NCBI RefSeq assembly: GCF_001194135.2
Contig: NC_069000.1
Coordinates: forward strand, 41,051,175 to 41,091,954
Length of the DNA: 40,780 nt
Direction: 5' to 3'
Source of the DNA: Octopus bimaculoides
Lineage: Eukaryota
Below are positions 1-11,946 of this stretch, piece after piece; the first letter of the stretch is position 1, and each line of letters opens with the position of its first letter. The translations under genes and the position numbers were made by a program. Below the pieces are notes generated by a model, which was not told where the DNA came from, ran no database searches, and saw nothing but the letters and a program-made list of their open reading frames with translations.

Positions 1-28
1 ATATATAAGAAGTTCACTTTGCAGTTAC

Positions 29-109
29 GTAATTTTGAGGTTACTCCAACTGTGCGCCATGGACGACAAATGTTTTCCAAATTCCAGTGCTGTCCAATGC
101 CTTGTGAAA
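29..109 (-). CDS. Peroxidase-like gene A, candidate coding exon 5 (VSQGIGQHWNLENICRPWRTVGVTSKL)
   Basis: AG acceptor at 111-110 is phase-compatible with the upstream phase-1 donor (G+TT=Val) and the frame is open. ICRPWRT..KLRN loosely resembles MPO CIPFFRS..IRNQ. The polypyrimidine tract is weak and the donor (gtaact at 28) is uncertain. Confidence 0.45.
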
Positions 110-279
110 CTGTACGTTATCTTGCCACACACGTGTGTTTTTGTATTTCTGTATGTGTGTGTGTATTAAGAGACGGAATATGCTGAGGAGCGAGAAAGAG
201 AATAGGAAAGAAAAAGGAAAGAAAAGTAAAACAGAAACTCACATCACAAAAAGAAACGATGTCACTTTGTAGCACTTAC

Positions 280-456
280 CTGTAATGCTTCTTTCTGTGT
301 CAAACATATCAAACATGAGGAGTTGTCCATAAATTGAAAAAAGGTGTGTTGCATCCGATGTTGTGCCGTTATGACAGGGGAACAACTGCAAACTTACATT
401 TCTGGGTAAAGGGAGACGATCTTGACCCAAGAAACTCTGGTAATTGGGAGCTCCAG
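280..456 (-). CDS. Peroxidase-like gene A, coding exon 4 (distal-site exon)
   Basis: Acceptor ttcgctttag, donor gtaagt, 177 nt, phase 1/1. Translation GAPNYQSFLGQDRLPLPRNVSLQLFPCHNGTTSDATHLFSIYGQLLMFDMFDTERSIT. LPLPRNVS matches LP-x-R-x-VS, and YGQLLMFDM aligns with MPO WGQLLDHDL. Confidence 0.92.
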
Positions 457-569
457 CTAAAGCGAAGAAATAAACGACAAATTTATTTGAGTAAATATAT
501 TAATTGGCATATATTAACTTCTTTCTATATGAAAATGTTTATCATTGCGTAATTACGTTATATTATTAT

Positions 570-848
570 TATTGTTCAGTAGTTTTATTTTTATAACGTG
601 CTTTCACTTCACTACCGAGCGCAGCTCTGTGCGCCTTGGGTATGTGCTGTGGTTTGCTGTGGTGCTCTTATGGTTACTGTATTGAAAGTGTTTTGCGTAG
701 GATGTGTACAGTGCCCAGTAGTGCAATTTTCTGTATGTTATATATATTTGTAAGTCCTGGTGTTTTTGTTATGTATTTGTCTGAATATTTTTTTATTATG
801 CCTAAGGCACCTACTATAATAGGAAATGTTTCTGTTTTTAGATTCCAC
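570..848 (-). mobile_element. 3' end of an R2/R4(Dong)-like REL-endonuclease non-LTR retrotransposon
   Basis: Minus-strand NLKTETFPIIVGALGIIKKYSDKYITKTPGLTNIYNIQKIALLGTVHILRKTLSIQ* is typical of the C-terminus of this clade, followed by a short 3' UTR and an (AAT)n tail. The 5' part lies in the gap. Confidence 0.75.
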
Positions 849-1821
849 ANNNNNNNNNNNNNNNNNNNNNNNNNNNNNNNNNNNNNNNNNNNNNNNNNNN
901 NNNNNNNNNNNNNNNNNNNNNNNNNNNNNNNNNNNNNNNNNNNNNNNNNNNNNNNNNNNNNNNNNNNNNNNNNNNNNNNNNNNNNNNNNNNNNNNNNNNN
1001 NNNNNNNNNNNNNNNNNNNNNNNNNNNNNNNNNNNNNNNNNNNNNNNNNNNNNNNNNNNNNNNNNNNNNNNNNNNNNNNNNNNNNNNNNNNNNNNNNNNN
1101 NNNNNNNNNNNNNNNNNNNNNNNNNNNNNNNNNNNNNNNNNNNNNNNNNNNNNNNNNNNNNNNNNNNNNNNNNNNNNNNNNNNNNNNNNNNNNNNNNNNN
1201 NNNNNNNNNNNNNNNNNNNNNNNNNNNNNNNNNNNNNNNNNNNNNNNNNNNNNNNNNNNNNNNNNNNNNNNNNNNNNNNNNNNNNNNNNNNNNNNNNNNN
1301 NNNNNNNNNNNNNNNNNNNNNNNNNNNNNNNNNNNNNNNNNNNNNNNNNNNNNNNNNNNNNNNNNNNNNNNNNNNNNNNNNNNNNNNNNNNNNNNNNNNN
1401 NNNNNNNNNNNNNNNNNNNNNNNNNNNNNNNNNNNNNNNNNNNNNNNNNNNNNNNNNNNNNNNNNNNNNNNNNNNNNNNNNNNNNNNNNNNNNNNNNNNN
1501 NNNNNNNNNNNNNNNNNNNNNNNNNNNNNNNNNNNNNNNNNNNNNNNNNNNNNNNNNNNNNNNNNNNNNNNNNNNNNNNNNNNNNNNNNNNNNNNNNNNN
1601 NNNNNNNNNNNNNNNNNNNNNNNNNNNNNNNNNNNNNNNNNNNNNNNNNNNNNNNNNNNNNNNNNNNNNNNNNNNNNNNNNNNNNNNNNNNNNNNNNNNN
1701 NNNNNNNNNNNNNNNNNNNATATATATATAGTGTACTGTTCCGTGATGGAATATATGTATGTATGTGTGTATGGTGCATGCATGTATGTATAGGGAAATT
1801 ACAAAACACTTTCTAACATAC

Positions 1822-1961
1822 CATATGGTAAATGTGTTAAATATCGAGCATAGGGTGACGCTGCACTGCCTGCACGTCTCGGATCATCTTTATTACACTG
1901 GCCGTTTAATTCATAGTAGTTTGTATTGAGACATGGTAATGTGATGGGATTAGGACAGTGA
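1822..1961 (-). CDS. Peroxidase-like gene A, coding exon 3
   Basis: Acceptor ttctctatttttcaacag, donor gtatgt, 140 nt, phase 2/1. HCPNPITLPCLNTNYYELNGQCNKDDPRRAGSAASPYARYLTHLPY matches the family N-terminal C..C..YR.xDG.CN..P..G...F.R.L...Y pattern. Confidence 0.9.
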
Positions 1962-3036
1962 CTGTTGAAAAATAGAGAAGAAAGTACACAAGAAATGCAA
2001 GGAAAATTTCCAGGTTTGTGTATGTATCAGATTTATATATTTATGAAACGTTCACATTATTGTATATATTTTTGCATCTACATACTTGCCTAGATAATTA
2101 CATAACTAAACAGTGCAAACCTAAGTGTCCAATGTAGCTCTCAAGAAAAATTACACGTATCTCTATCAATTAACTACTCACACGCGCAAATTAAAACACA
2201 CGCAAACGAAAACACGCATAAACACACACATACACACACAGTGAGGACATTTATTGCATAAGACCCGAAAGTGAGGGTAACACTCTCCAATTTTTTCGTG
2301 GGTTATTGCTCACAACATTAATATTCAGTATGTCAGACTTCACCGACAAACTATAAGGAGACTAATCCATTAACAAGTGGAAACAGCTCTGATCACCTCT
2401 ACTGTTTGGAACGCTTACGGGAATATTAACTAAATTAAATGTGGAAGAGTCAAGAAATTCTTGCTCTGAATTTTTTATATAAGAGACAAATGACTAAAAA
2501 ATATGTGTTAGTCTAACTGCCATGTACTGAGATCATTCCGTTTCTGAAATTCTCATATCAGAGAAACCTTTACATCAAAAATTTTGCATTTAAATACGCA
2601 TAAGTATACATATGCACGGTGGTGCACCAGCATGACCGCAGCCACTTGGCTGAAACACATAAATAAATAAATAAATAAATAAATAAATATGTCTCTAAAA
2701 ATACATTATGAAATGAGACCAAAATGCCTCCAAGATGTTTGAACAATACTTCATTTCATTGAATGAGAATGAGTGGGTAAATTATGAACAAAAGCGTTCC
2801 AAACATGAACAATCCACCTTTTAAGAAATACAGTTGCAAGATCAGTGCTGAATTTTAGAAAACTTTTGATCCCCTAAATTTATGCTGTTTTTTCTTTAAT
2901 ACAGTGGATGTGTATATTTGTACTCTAGTCTCTACAAAACATTTTCATTATACGAACGGATAATACTGATAATTTAGTAACTCTTATAGACACACGCAAG
3001 AGCATTCAAATGAATTTATTGGCATTATCTACTTAC

Positions 3037-3052
3037 TTGTCTCCACTGCACT
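3037..3052 (-). CDS. Peroxidase-like gene A, candidate 16-nt microexon (E-C-S-G-D-N)
   Basis: A long pyrimidine tract precedes tgttgcag and the donor is a perfect gtaagt. Phase 1/2 exactly bridges the phase-1 signal-peptide exon and the phase-2 exon at 1961. Confidence 0.6.
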
Positions 3053-3199
3053 CTGCAACACCAGTCGAAATGAACGAAGGAAAAAGAAAGATATAGACGT
3101 TATTATTTTATAATAATATGTATTTCATAAACAATATTACAATTTCTTTACAACTGTAAATTTTATAAAATCAAGTTTTCTGGAACATTCAATTATTTT

Positions 3200-3815
3200 T
3201 CTGCCTTAGAAATATTATCCACATGACAAACAGAATATAATGAATTCCACTGAGAATAACCTGATGATTTGTAGAAAACTGTTGTGGAAGGATTCTGACC
3301 ATCCTCAACTGACTAAAGGGTAGATTCACTTATTGTTATAAAACGAAGAACTGTGAGTGATTGGCAGAAAGATGCAAATAAAACTGAAGAAAAAGATTGT
3401 TCTCAGATTCAAGCATGACGATCGGTAACGAATAAGAAAATAGACAAAAAATATCAAGACCGAATCCGTGTTATGGCTGCGGGGGTCTACATTATAAAAA
3501 TCACGGTCCGTTTAAAAATATAAACTGCTACAAGTGTGGTAAAACAGGCCACAAAAATTCGCAATGTAGGATAGAACCTAAGAAACAGTTTAACAGAAAG
3601 AATCGCGTAAAAAGATTATCGGTGACAAATAATACGAACGATCCTGAAGGAAAATTTCTGTATGTAAAAATCAATAACACAAAAGATAAGTTATCATTGG
3701 ATACAGGCATCGACTTTTAATAATGTCACAGATACATAGAAACAAATCGACAGACCTAAATTAAATGAAACCTCGAAGAATTGGCCCAAGAGTTTCAGGA
3801 AAATATTATATTTTA
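3200..3815 (+). mobile_element. Degenerate Ty3/gypsy gag-protease fragment
   Basis: Two zinc-knuckle-like motifs, CYGCGGLHYKNH and CYKCGKTGHKNSQC, then the retropepsin-like LSLDTG and KQIDRPKL with stops and frameshifts. Confidence 0.75.
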
Positions 3816-4715
3816 AGAGGAAGGAAGTATGGCACAGTGGAGGTTCGTTTCGCGACGGAAGATGAAGTGATAAAGTACTCCACTGAAGCCATAAAAACGG
3901 AAGAATGGGTACCTTTGCCGACGTACTGTGGCAAGCGTGTTGCCAGTGTGAGAATTGGCAAAGTACCCCCAGAAATAAAGGAAACATGGCTGATGGCAGC
4001 CATTATGCTTAACATGGAAGAAGAAGCTAAAATACTCAAAGTGACGAGGTTGAATTGAAGGGGGTTGGGCATAGAGATGGCTATACAAACAAGTTTGGAA
4101 GATCTGAACAGGATTGCAGAAGAAATAGTTCTGCCCGAGGATATAAGACTGAGAGTGGTGGTGGAGGATAGGCCTCCCATGTACCCCCATGTGGAGAGAA
4201 GGGCTATATGAAGGCAAGGTGCCCCTAGAGAGAAAAAGAACAACAAATGGAACAAACTGAGGAGCGGGAGAGTGTGGACCAAGTGGTGCGCGATGATGTA
4301 AAGAAGACGACAAGAACAGAGGAGGAATTCACAGTAGTCAAAAAGCGAAAGAGAAGTGAAAGAGTGAGCTCTCCGCCAGAGAGGCAGAAAGAGAAAAAAG
4401 AAGTGGTTAAAGAGGTAGAGAAAGAGGTTGAGAAAGAAGTCGAAAAGGAGGAAGGTGAGAAGATTGTTGACAAGGAGATCGAGAAGGAGCTTGAAGAGGA
4501 GCTCGAGGAGGAGTTTGAAAAGGAGGAGGAAGCTGCAAGATTTAGGCGAACAACAGCATGAGAATGGGGCCCATGCAGCCATTTCATTTTCATTATATAA
4601 TATATTTTTCATTTTCATTCGTTTTGTGTTTTTGTCCCCACTGTGGTGTTCTGTCTGTCCTTGTGCTGTCCTCTCTGTGTTTTAGCTGTAGTGCCAAAAT
4701 AAAGAATTATTATCA
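3816..4715 (+). mobile_element. Internally deleted L1/Tx1-like LINE: ORF1 fragment, E/K-rich low-complexity stretch and 3' end
   Basis: RKYGTVEVRFATEDEVIKYSTEAIKTEEWVPLPTYCGKRVASVRIGKVPPEI is homologous to the ORF1 at 26901. Ends in aataaagaattattatc, like the 3' end at 29330. Confidence 0.65.
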
Positions 4716-5144
4716 TGTTAGTAGTAATTCACTAGCAAGGATATAAAAAATATATGGCATCGCGAAGTGAAGTATTTAGCCAATCTTTATTTCAAATTGA
4801 AAATTCAATTAATTTTAATATGCTGATCTAATATACGATACATTTTCTCTCATTCAATATAATGTATGCTTCTCTTGTATTTCATTGTCTTTTTCTCCTG
4901 CCCTCATTCTTTGACAAAAGATATTCCAACCATAATCGACTCATCTCTTTTCGAATATTCTGTATGTCTAAAACAACAGTATCAAATGGTTTACGTAGGC
5001 TGTAATTCAAGAGAAGTTTGGTTGTTAGTAAAAATGTGCAGATGACAGGCTTTTTATAACCACAGTAATATACCAACTCTCCTTTAATTACAAAATAAAA
5101 ATGTAAGTCAAACACAGGCAGTTGTAGTTTTAAGGAATACTTAC

Positions 5145-5190
5145 CCTGCAGAAAGACAGCTAGAGTAGTCAATAACAATGCAAAAAACAT
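5145..5190 (-). CDS. Peroxidase-like gene A, first coding exon (signal peptide MFFALLLTTLAVFLQ)
   Basis: Acceptor tttttccag|G ATG, hydrophobic 15-mer and donor G|gtaagt (phase 1). The joined product MFFALLLTTLAVFLQECSGDNHCP is a plausible cleavable signal peptide. The upstream acceptor implies a non-coding 5' exon, which was not located. Confidence 0.75.
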
Positions 5191-5258
5191 CCTGGAAAAA
5201 ATATATATACGCACATTAATGCATAGGTACATAGATACATACGCACGATATAATATGC

Positions 5259-5302
<44 letters not shown>

Positions 5303-7194
5303 TTGTGCATATAAACTGTTTGGAAGTGGTGTACGGATTTTAAATAAGAAAAACGAGGAAGACATGATTTCAGATAATTATCTAGTTAGCTTTTTTTTTA
5401 TTTCTTTTGAGAGATTCATCGNNNNNNNNNNNNNNNNNNNNNNNNNNNNNNNNNNNNNNNNNNNNNNNNNNNNNNNNNNNNNNNNNNNNNNNNNNNNNNN
5501 NNNNNNNNNNNNNNNNNNNNNNNNNNNNNNNNNNNNNNNNNNNNNNNNNNNNNNNNNNNNNNNNNNNNNNNNNNNNNNNNNNNNNNNNNNNNNNNNNNNN
5601 NNNNNNNNNNNNNNNNNNNNNNNNNNNNNNNNNNNNNNNNNNNNNNNNNNNNNNNNNNNNNNNNNNNNNNNNNNNNNNNNNNNNNNNNNNNNNNNNNNNN
5701 NNNNNNNNNNNNNNNNNNNNNNNNNNNNNNNNNNNNNNNNNNNNNNNNNNNNNNNNNNNNNNNNNNNNNNNNNNNNNNNNNNNNNNNNNNNNNNNNNNNN
5801 NNNNNNNNNNNNNNNNNNNNNNNNNNNNNNNNNNNNNNNNNNNNNNNNNNNNNNNNNNNNNNNNNNNNNNNNNNNNNNNNNNNNNNNNNNNNNNNNNNNN
5901 NNNNNNNNNNNNNNNNNNNNNNNNNNNNNNNNNNNNNNNNNNNNNNNNNNNNNNNNNNNNNNNNNNNNNNNNNNNNNNNNNNNNNNNNNNNNNNNNNNNN
6001 NNNNNNNNNNNNNNNNNNNNNNNNNNNNNNNNNNNNNGTGTGTGTGTGTGTGTGTGTGTGCGTGTGCGTGTGCGTGTGTGTGTGTGTGTGTACGTATGTG
6101 CGTATAATACAAATTTATTTTATTTCACACGGATGAAAATATAGAAGAAAGAAGTTGAAAATGCACTGGAATTGGTTTAGATTTTATATTTTCAAATTTT
6201 TAAAGTCTTAGTCGGTTTCACAGATTTTTCTGCAGGATTCGAGTACATTTTCAACACACTTTTACCATTTATATATACAACGGTTGCTAAGAAGTTCACA
6301 TGGTTTAAGGTTCGTTTCCACCTCGTCGTTGGCAGGGTGACTGCTTTTTTTACTTAGTTTAGAGTTGTCTAATACATTATAAGCGCAATTACACAACGAA
6401 AACTTGCAGAAAACCATGGTATCTCTAACTCCCTCCCTCCCTCTATCCATTTCTCCCCCTCTCTCCCTCCCTTCCTCTCCAGCTCTCTGTAAAATCTATT
6501 GTAGTGTGAAGTAAAACACTGAGATGAGAGTGAGATATATATATGCCTCAGTTTTTCTGTGTCTGTGTAAACTGCACAGAAATATTTACTTACAGAGAAG
6601 TCACAACTAATCCATTAATACTTCAAAACTTACGTCGCAAACGTGTTGTTTCACAAAATGTTAGTGATTAGAGATAGAACCCTTGTCCTTATACAAAACC
6701 TTTCATTTCTGAAAACACGTCACTTCATATATTACTATGCATGCATACGAAACATGTTAAATTAAAATTAATTTTTTATATATTGGCGTTTTCAAACTTC
6801 TTTTTTATAAATATATACCCACTCGTATGCCACCTACACTTGTTTANNNNNNNNNNNNNNNNNNNNNNNNNNNNNNNNNNNNNNNNNNNNNNNNNNNNNN
6901 NNNNNNNNNNNNNNNNNNNNNNNNNNNNNNNNNNNNNNNNNNNNNNNNNNNNNNNNNNNNNNNNNNNNNNNNNNNNNNNNNNNNNNNNNNNNNNNNNNNN
7001 NNNNNNNNNNNNNNNNNNNNNNNNNNNNNNNNNNNNNNNNNNNNNNNNNNNNNNNNNNNNNNNNNNNNNNNNNNNNNNNNNNNNNNNNNNNNNNNNNNNN
7101 NNNNNNNNNNNNNNNNNNNNNNNNNNNNNNNNNNNNNNNNNNNNNNNNNNNNNNNNNNNNNNNNNNNNNNNNNNAGGTGTGTGATAGGAGGATG

Positions 7195-7225
<31 letters not shown>

Positions 7226-7701
7226 ACATACAAACATACAAAGATGCACACAAACTATATGTGTATACATTTCTGAGGCAGTGTATTATTATCCATGCCT
7301 ATTGCTTTCTTCACACCTGTCTAGAAATAAGTACCAGATATCTGAAAGAATTATCAGGAGTCGATATGACCGACTTCATTCTCGAAGTGTGGTTCACAAC
7401 ATGGCTGCATTTCTATGATTGCAACTAATAAAAAAGCAAAAAAGTGCAAACTGCAATAGAAGAATATCTCACAAAATTTTCAGTAAGGGCCTACCTCTCT
7501 TGTCTTTTTTTTTTTCCTTGCCGAAGGAAAATACTGCAAATATTCAGATATGACCAAGGTTTACGCAGAAGTTTCGAATTCAGAACTAGTTACTGGTGTT
7601 TCTGGTCCGGAGCAAAGTAATAAAATCGTGAATTTTCTCTATATTTATAGGCATAGCAAAACAAAATGTGATATTTAATGGCCAAGAAAAATGAACTACT
7701 T

Positions 7702-7768
<67 letters not shown>
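7702..7768. repeat. (TAC)n microsatellite
   Basis: Perfect trinucleotide run; source of the spurious poly-V/L/Y ORFs. Confidence 0.95.
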
Positions 7769-8010
7769 AACAACACTTTTTTCACTTTTTCCCTTCTTCA
7801 TTTCGATTTTCCGTTGTCCGCCCTTGCAAGCTCATTGTTCATTTCAAAGGAGTTAAATATTTCTCGTTCATTTTATTATGAAATAAAGAAAAAAGACTGG
7901 TTTTGTAAGTGTTGATTTCTTTTATCCTGTTATTGTTGTTTTTGATGCCCATGTTTTATTGTCATTAAAGTATTTTGGCCATAACTGTGTCAAGATTTTG
8001 AGTACAAAAG

Positions 8011-8415
8011 GTATCTGCACTTACCAACCATATGCTTCCGGGTTCAGTCCCACAGCGTGGCACCTTGGGCAAGTGTCTTCTACTATAGCCTCAGGCCGAC
8101 CAAAGCCTTGTGAGTGGATATGGTAGACGGAAACTGAAAGAAGCCCATCGTATATGTGTGTGCGTGTGTATATATATATTTATTTGTGTATGTGTGNNNN
8201 NNNNNNNNNNNNNNNNNNNNNNNNNNNNNNNNNNNNNNNNNNNNNNNNNNNNNNNNNNNNNNNNNNNNNNNNNNNNNNNNNNNNNNNNNNNNNTCTTTGT
8301 ATCTGTGTTTGTTTCCCCCCCACCACCACCACCACCATTGCTTCGCAACCAATGTTGGTGTGTTTATGCCCCCTTAATTTAGCGGTTCGGCAAAAGAGAC
8401 GATAGAATAAGTTCT
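8011..8415 (+). mobile_element. Abundant SINE-type repeat (family 1), interrupted by a gap
   Basis: ttccgggttcagtcccac..gtggcaccttgggcaagtgtcttctactatagcctcaggccgaccaaagcc with a B-box-like GGTTCAGTCC; a related copy lies inverted at 10850-11060. Confidence 0.75.
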
Positions 8416-8590
8416 GAGTGCTCCAGTACTGCAACGTAAAAAAAAAGTAAAAGAATAAAAGGATATACAATACATACGTGTGTGTGTGTGCGCGTGTGTG
8501 TGCGCGCGTGTGTGTGTGTATTTAGTGCTTCATGTGTGTTTTGAGTTCTTATTTTCCTAAAAAAAGAATTACACGCACACACACACACGC

Positions 8591-8638
<48 letters not shown>

Positions 8639-9684
8639 CACACACAGATACACGTAATTTTATTTCAGAATGCACGGGCTCTGTATCTATATATCATATC
8701 GATCGTATCGACTTCACAAGTTATCCACTTGCACTTTCCTAGATCTCTAACTTTCGAGCTGCCAGATCATAAAACCTCAATGGACACATCATAAACAACA
8801 TCCTAGACCGTAAACATATGCGGAGTACATACATACATACATACATACATACATACATGCATACATAGACACAAAAATCCTCGATATTATTTTTTAAAAT
8901 ATACGTTTATTATGAGTCTCCGTTAACACATACACAGTAACCTCTTTGATACTGTCTCTTGCCAGAATGAAGTGTTCATGACCGGACTACAGTTTATGCG
9001 CATACACGAGGGCAAGAACCCTCTCATTTGAAATTTTTCTTGGTAAACACTCCATGTTCGAATCTTGAACTTCATTTGTTGTTTGTGTTTGATATAAGCT
9101 TTTCAAAAATTGTCATGGGTTTTCTTACACATTTAGTATCATTAATAGTATGTACATTCTTTCTGCTTTCTAATACGAATGTTGTAAGCTTGTTTCAGTT
9201 GCTAACAAACTTCTGCGTTGAACACCTTTCGGCTGTAGGATGGATCTTATTATTACAGCTCACGTTTCATTGTGTTTTTTCAGTTAATATTCTTAATTTA
9301 TTCATCGTTGCTTTTTAATATTAAATGCCCATTCCATTTAAAGAATAGAAGGAAATCGCAGAGTTCAATATAAGAAGTTATTTTGGAAATAAGTTCTTAT
9401 ATTGAACTGTTATTTCCTGCTATTTAACTATCGCATATCATCTCTGATGATGGGATATCCTTTATATCCCTTATACAGCTGTAAGACTACCTTTTTCTTC
9501 ATAAATGTCCTAGAGATTACACACTGTCTTGGCTTTGTTGTCTCATTTTATTTAACATATACATGCTCACACAAGACTCGTCTTAGACTCCTCACTTATA
9601 CTATTATCGAACCGGGAGTCTAACACCGGTCCTTCCATAGCACTTACATAGCCTTACCTGCATTTTGGGGTCTTTTTCTCTCTG

Positions 9685-9720
<36 letters not shown>

Positions 9721-9721
<1 letters not shown>

Positions 9722-9875
9722 ATAAACTTACTTGGGAATGGATGCGTAGCGTTCAATCATATATATATGAAGTTCTAGATTCGAACATGGAGTGTTTACC
9801 AATATATATATTTTATATAAAAAAATTTTATATGATTGAAAACCACGCATCCATTCATTTCCAAGAAAGTTTATC
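9721..9875. repeat. Fold-back/MITE-like element with ~40-bp imperfect terminal inverted repeats in (TA)n
   Basis: 9721-9760 gataaacttacttgggaatggatgcgtagcgttcaatcat is near-reverse-complementary to 9832-9875 atgattgaaaaccacgcatccattcatttccaagaaagtttatc. Confidence 0.7.
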
Positions 9876-9916
9876 TTAATAATTTTGATGCGAATCTACC
9901 CTGTACTCTTCTCTCT

Positions 9917-9985
9917 CTCTTCCCTTTCGTTTTCTCTCTCTTCCCTTTCGTTTTCTCTCTCTTCCCTTTCGTTTTCTCTCTCTTC
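9917..9985. repeat. 21-bp pyrimidine tandem repeat, ~3 copies
   Basis: Unit ctcttccctttcgttttctct is repeated, followed by (CT)n. Confidence 0.85.
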
Positions 9986-10085
9986 CTTTCTCTAATTCTT
10001 TTTTCTTCACTTCTTCCCCTTTCATTTTTTCGCTCTCATCCTTTCTCTAATTCTTTTTTCTCCCCTTCACCGTTTTCTATCTGCC

Positions 10086-10135
<50 letters not shown>

Positions 10136-10849
10136 TCCTTTACTCTCTTTTGTTGCTCACATGCGACCATCGTCCATTTTTCTTTTTCTCACATGATCAT
10201 CTTTCTTTTCCTTCAGTCTGTCGCACAGACCAGGTGCATTCTTATCTGTCTCCTCTTCTATCTTTTCTTTTGTCAAAGACAATATTCCTCCAGTGTTCGC
10301 TACCTTACCTCGTCTGGCCTAACGTCTCTCCATGTTTGTTTTCGTTTGGCTTGTTGTATGTCTCCACTGTCCTGTTTTGTTACCAAATTTGACCCTCCGC
10401 AAATCCTAAATTTTATTTTGGATCGCGGGAGTAACAGTTTATTGAAGTCTCATATTGTCGTTAATTACTCGAAATGTGGAATATATGAACAACCGACAAC
10501 TGATGAAGGGTTGTTCTTTACGTTACTTGTCTTGTTTTCCACTTGTTTCTCTCGTTGTTCGCACACCCAAGTTTGCCTTCGTATTTCATGTTGTTTACGT
10601 GTTGTGACGTCCTGTACCCATATATGCATATATATACATATATATGTAAGTATGTACATATATGTATGTATATATGTATGTATATATGTATATATATANN
10701 NNNNNNNNNNNNNNNNNNNNNNNNNNNNNNNNNNATATTGTATTTTGTATTTTGTATTTGTTGCAGCCATTAGATCTAAGCTATGGGCATCGCTTTGAAA
10801 GAATCTTAGTCGAATAAATTGACCCCATGATCTATTTTTTAAACCCTAG

Positions 10850-11060
10850 CACTTATACTATCAGTATCTTTTATCGTACCGCTAGGTTACGGGAGCGTAT
10901 ATAACAGTCTTCTTTGAGCTTCTGTCTATCAGATTCACTCTTTGGTCGGCCAGTGGCAAGGATAGAAAACACTTGTCGAAGGTACCTTGCAGTTGGACTG
11001 AACCCAGAATCATGTGGTTGAAAAGTAAACTTCTTAACACACAGCGACACTTGCTCCTAC
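10850..11060 (-). mobile_element. SINE family 1 copy
   Basis: Reverse-complement similarity to 8011-8415 (ggactgaacccagaatcatgtggttg; acacttgtcgaaggtacc). Confidence 0.65.
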
Positions 11061-11550
11061 AGGTACACACGCACGCACACACACGCACACACAGGCATAT
11101 ATATTCACACATATGTATGTAGAAAAGATTAGGATAAACAGATTTCATTTATTTTAAAGTTCCTATGCTCGTACTATAACTATGGTTGTTTGGAAGATCC
11201 AAGTGCATATAGATGCCCAGCCACAACTGTTATTTGTTAGATGTTATTGATAGATTTGTCATATGCCATTGGTAATAGGTAGTATTGTCCTAGCAACTAC
11301 TAAAGGTAAGAACCATCACATAATAACTTAATTGTCCCTCTACGTCATACAATACTGACAGTAGCTCTGGATGATGATATTGGTATTGCTTAAATATCCA
11401 AGTGGGTAGAGTGAAGGTATGTTTGTTTTAAGAGAAGGAAGAAAGCACATATTTGATTACCTATTGGTTATTCGCATTAGTACATTGTTAGACATTACAG
11501 AAATAAATGCATAATAAATTGGAAAAAATATAACATAAATATACACACGT

Positions 11551-11639
<89 letters not shown>
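11551..11639. repeat. (CA)n microsatellite
   Basis: Long perfect run; others occur at 12503-12603, 5261-5300 and next to most gaps. Confidence 0.95.
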
Positions 11640-11641
<2 letters not shown>

Positions 11642-11736
11642 CATTCACTCACTCATATATATATTGAGATTAACCTACACAAATTTGAATATATCGGAAA
11701 CATTTTCAATATTTCAGGCTTTGAAATATTGAAAAT

Positions 11737-11946
11737 GCTGTGAGCTGGCAGAATCATTAGCACGCCGAACAAAATAATCAGCGGCATTTCGCCTGTCTTT
11801 GCGTTCTGAGTTCAAATCCTGCCGGGGTCAGCATTGCTTTAAATCCTTCGGTATCTTTAAAATACGTTCCAGTTGAGCATTGGGGTTGATGTCATCGGCT
11901 TACACCCTCCTCCAAAATTTCTGGCCTTGTGCCAAAATTTGAAACC
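11737..11946 (+). mobile_element. tRNA-derived SINE (family 2)
   Basis: A-box-like gagctggcagaatcattagc and B-box-like gagttcaaatcc. The same family recurs at 23975, 30006, 31965, 32128, 35790 and 38705. Confidence 0.75.

Noticed and set aside
25-111. Plus-strand AG..GT 87-nt open segment (LRNFEVTPTVRHGRQMFSKFQCCPMPCET)
   Set aside because: No recognisable homology or partner exons. The minus-strand reading fits gene A in phase and motif better.
3806-4618. 270-aa Leu/Phe-rich minus-strand ORF that looks membrane-like
   Set aside because: Antisense shadow of the purine-rich E/K LINE segment.
10486-10520. Hairpin gaacaacc...ggttgttc enclosing CTGATGA
   Set aside because: No downstream GAAA or stem II, so it is not a hammerhead; likely a repeat terminus.
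9836-10798. 320-aa ORF
   Set aside because: Built from pyrimidine tandem repeats and microsatellite, crosses a gap, and has no domain motif.
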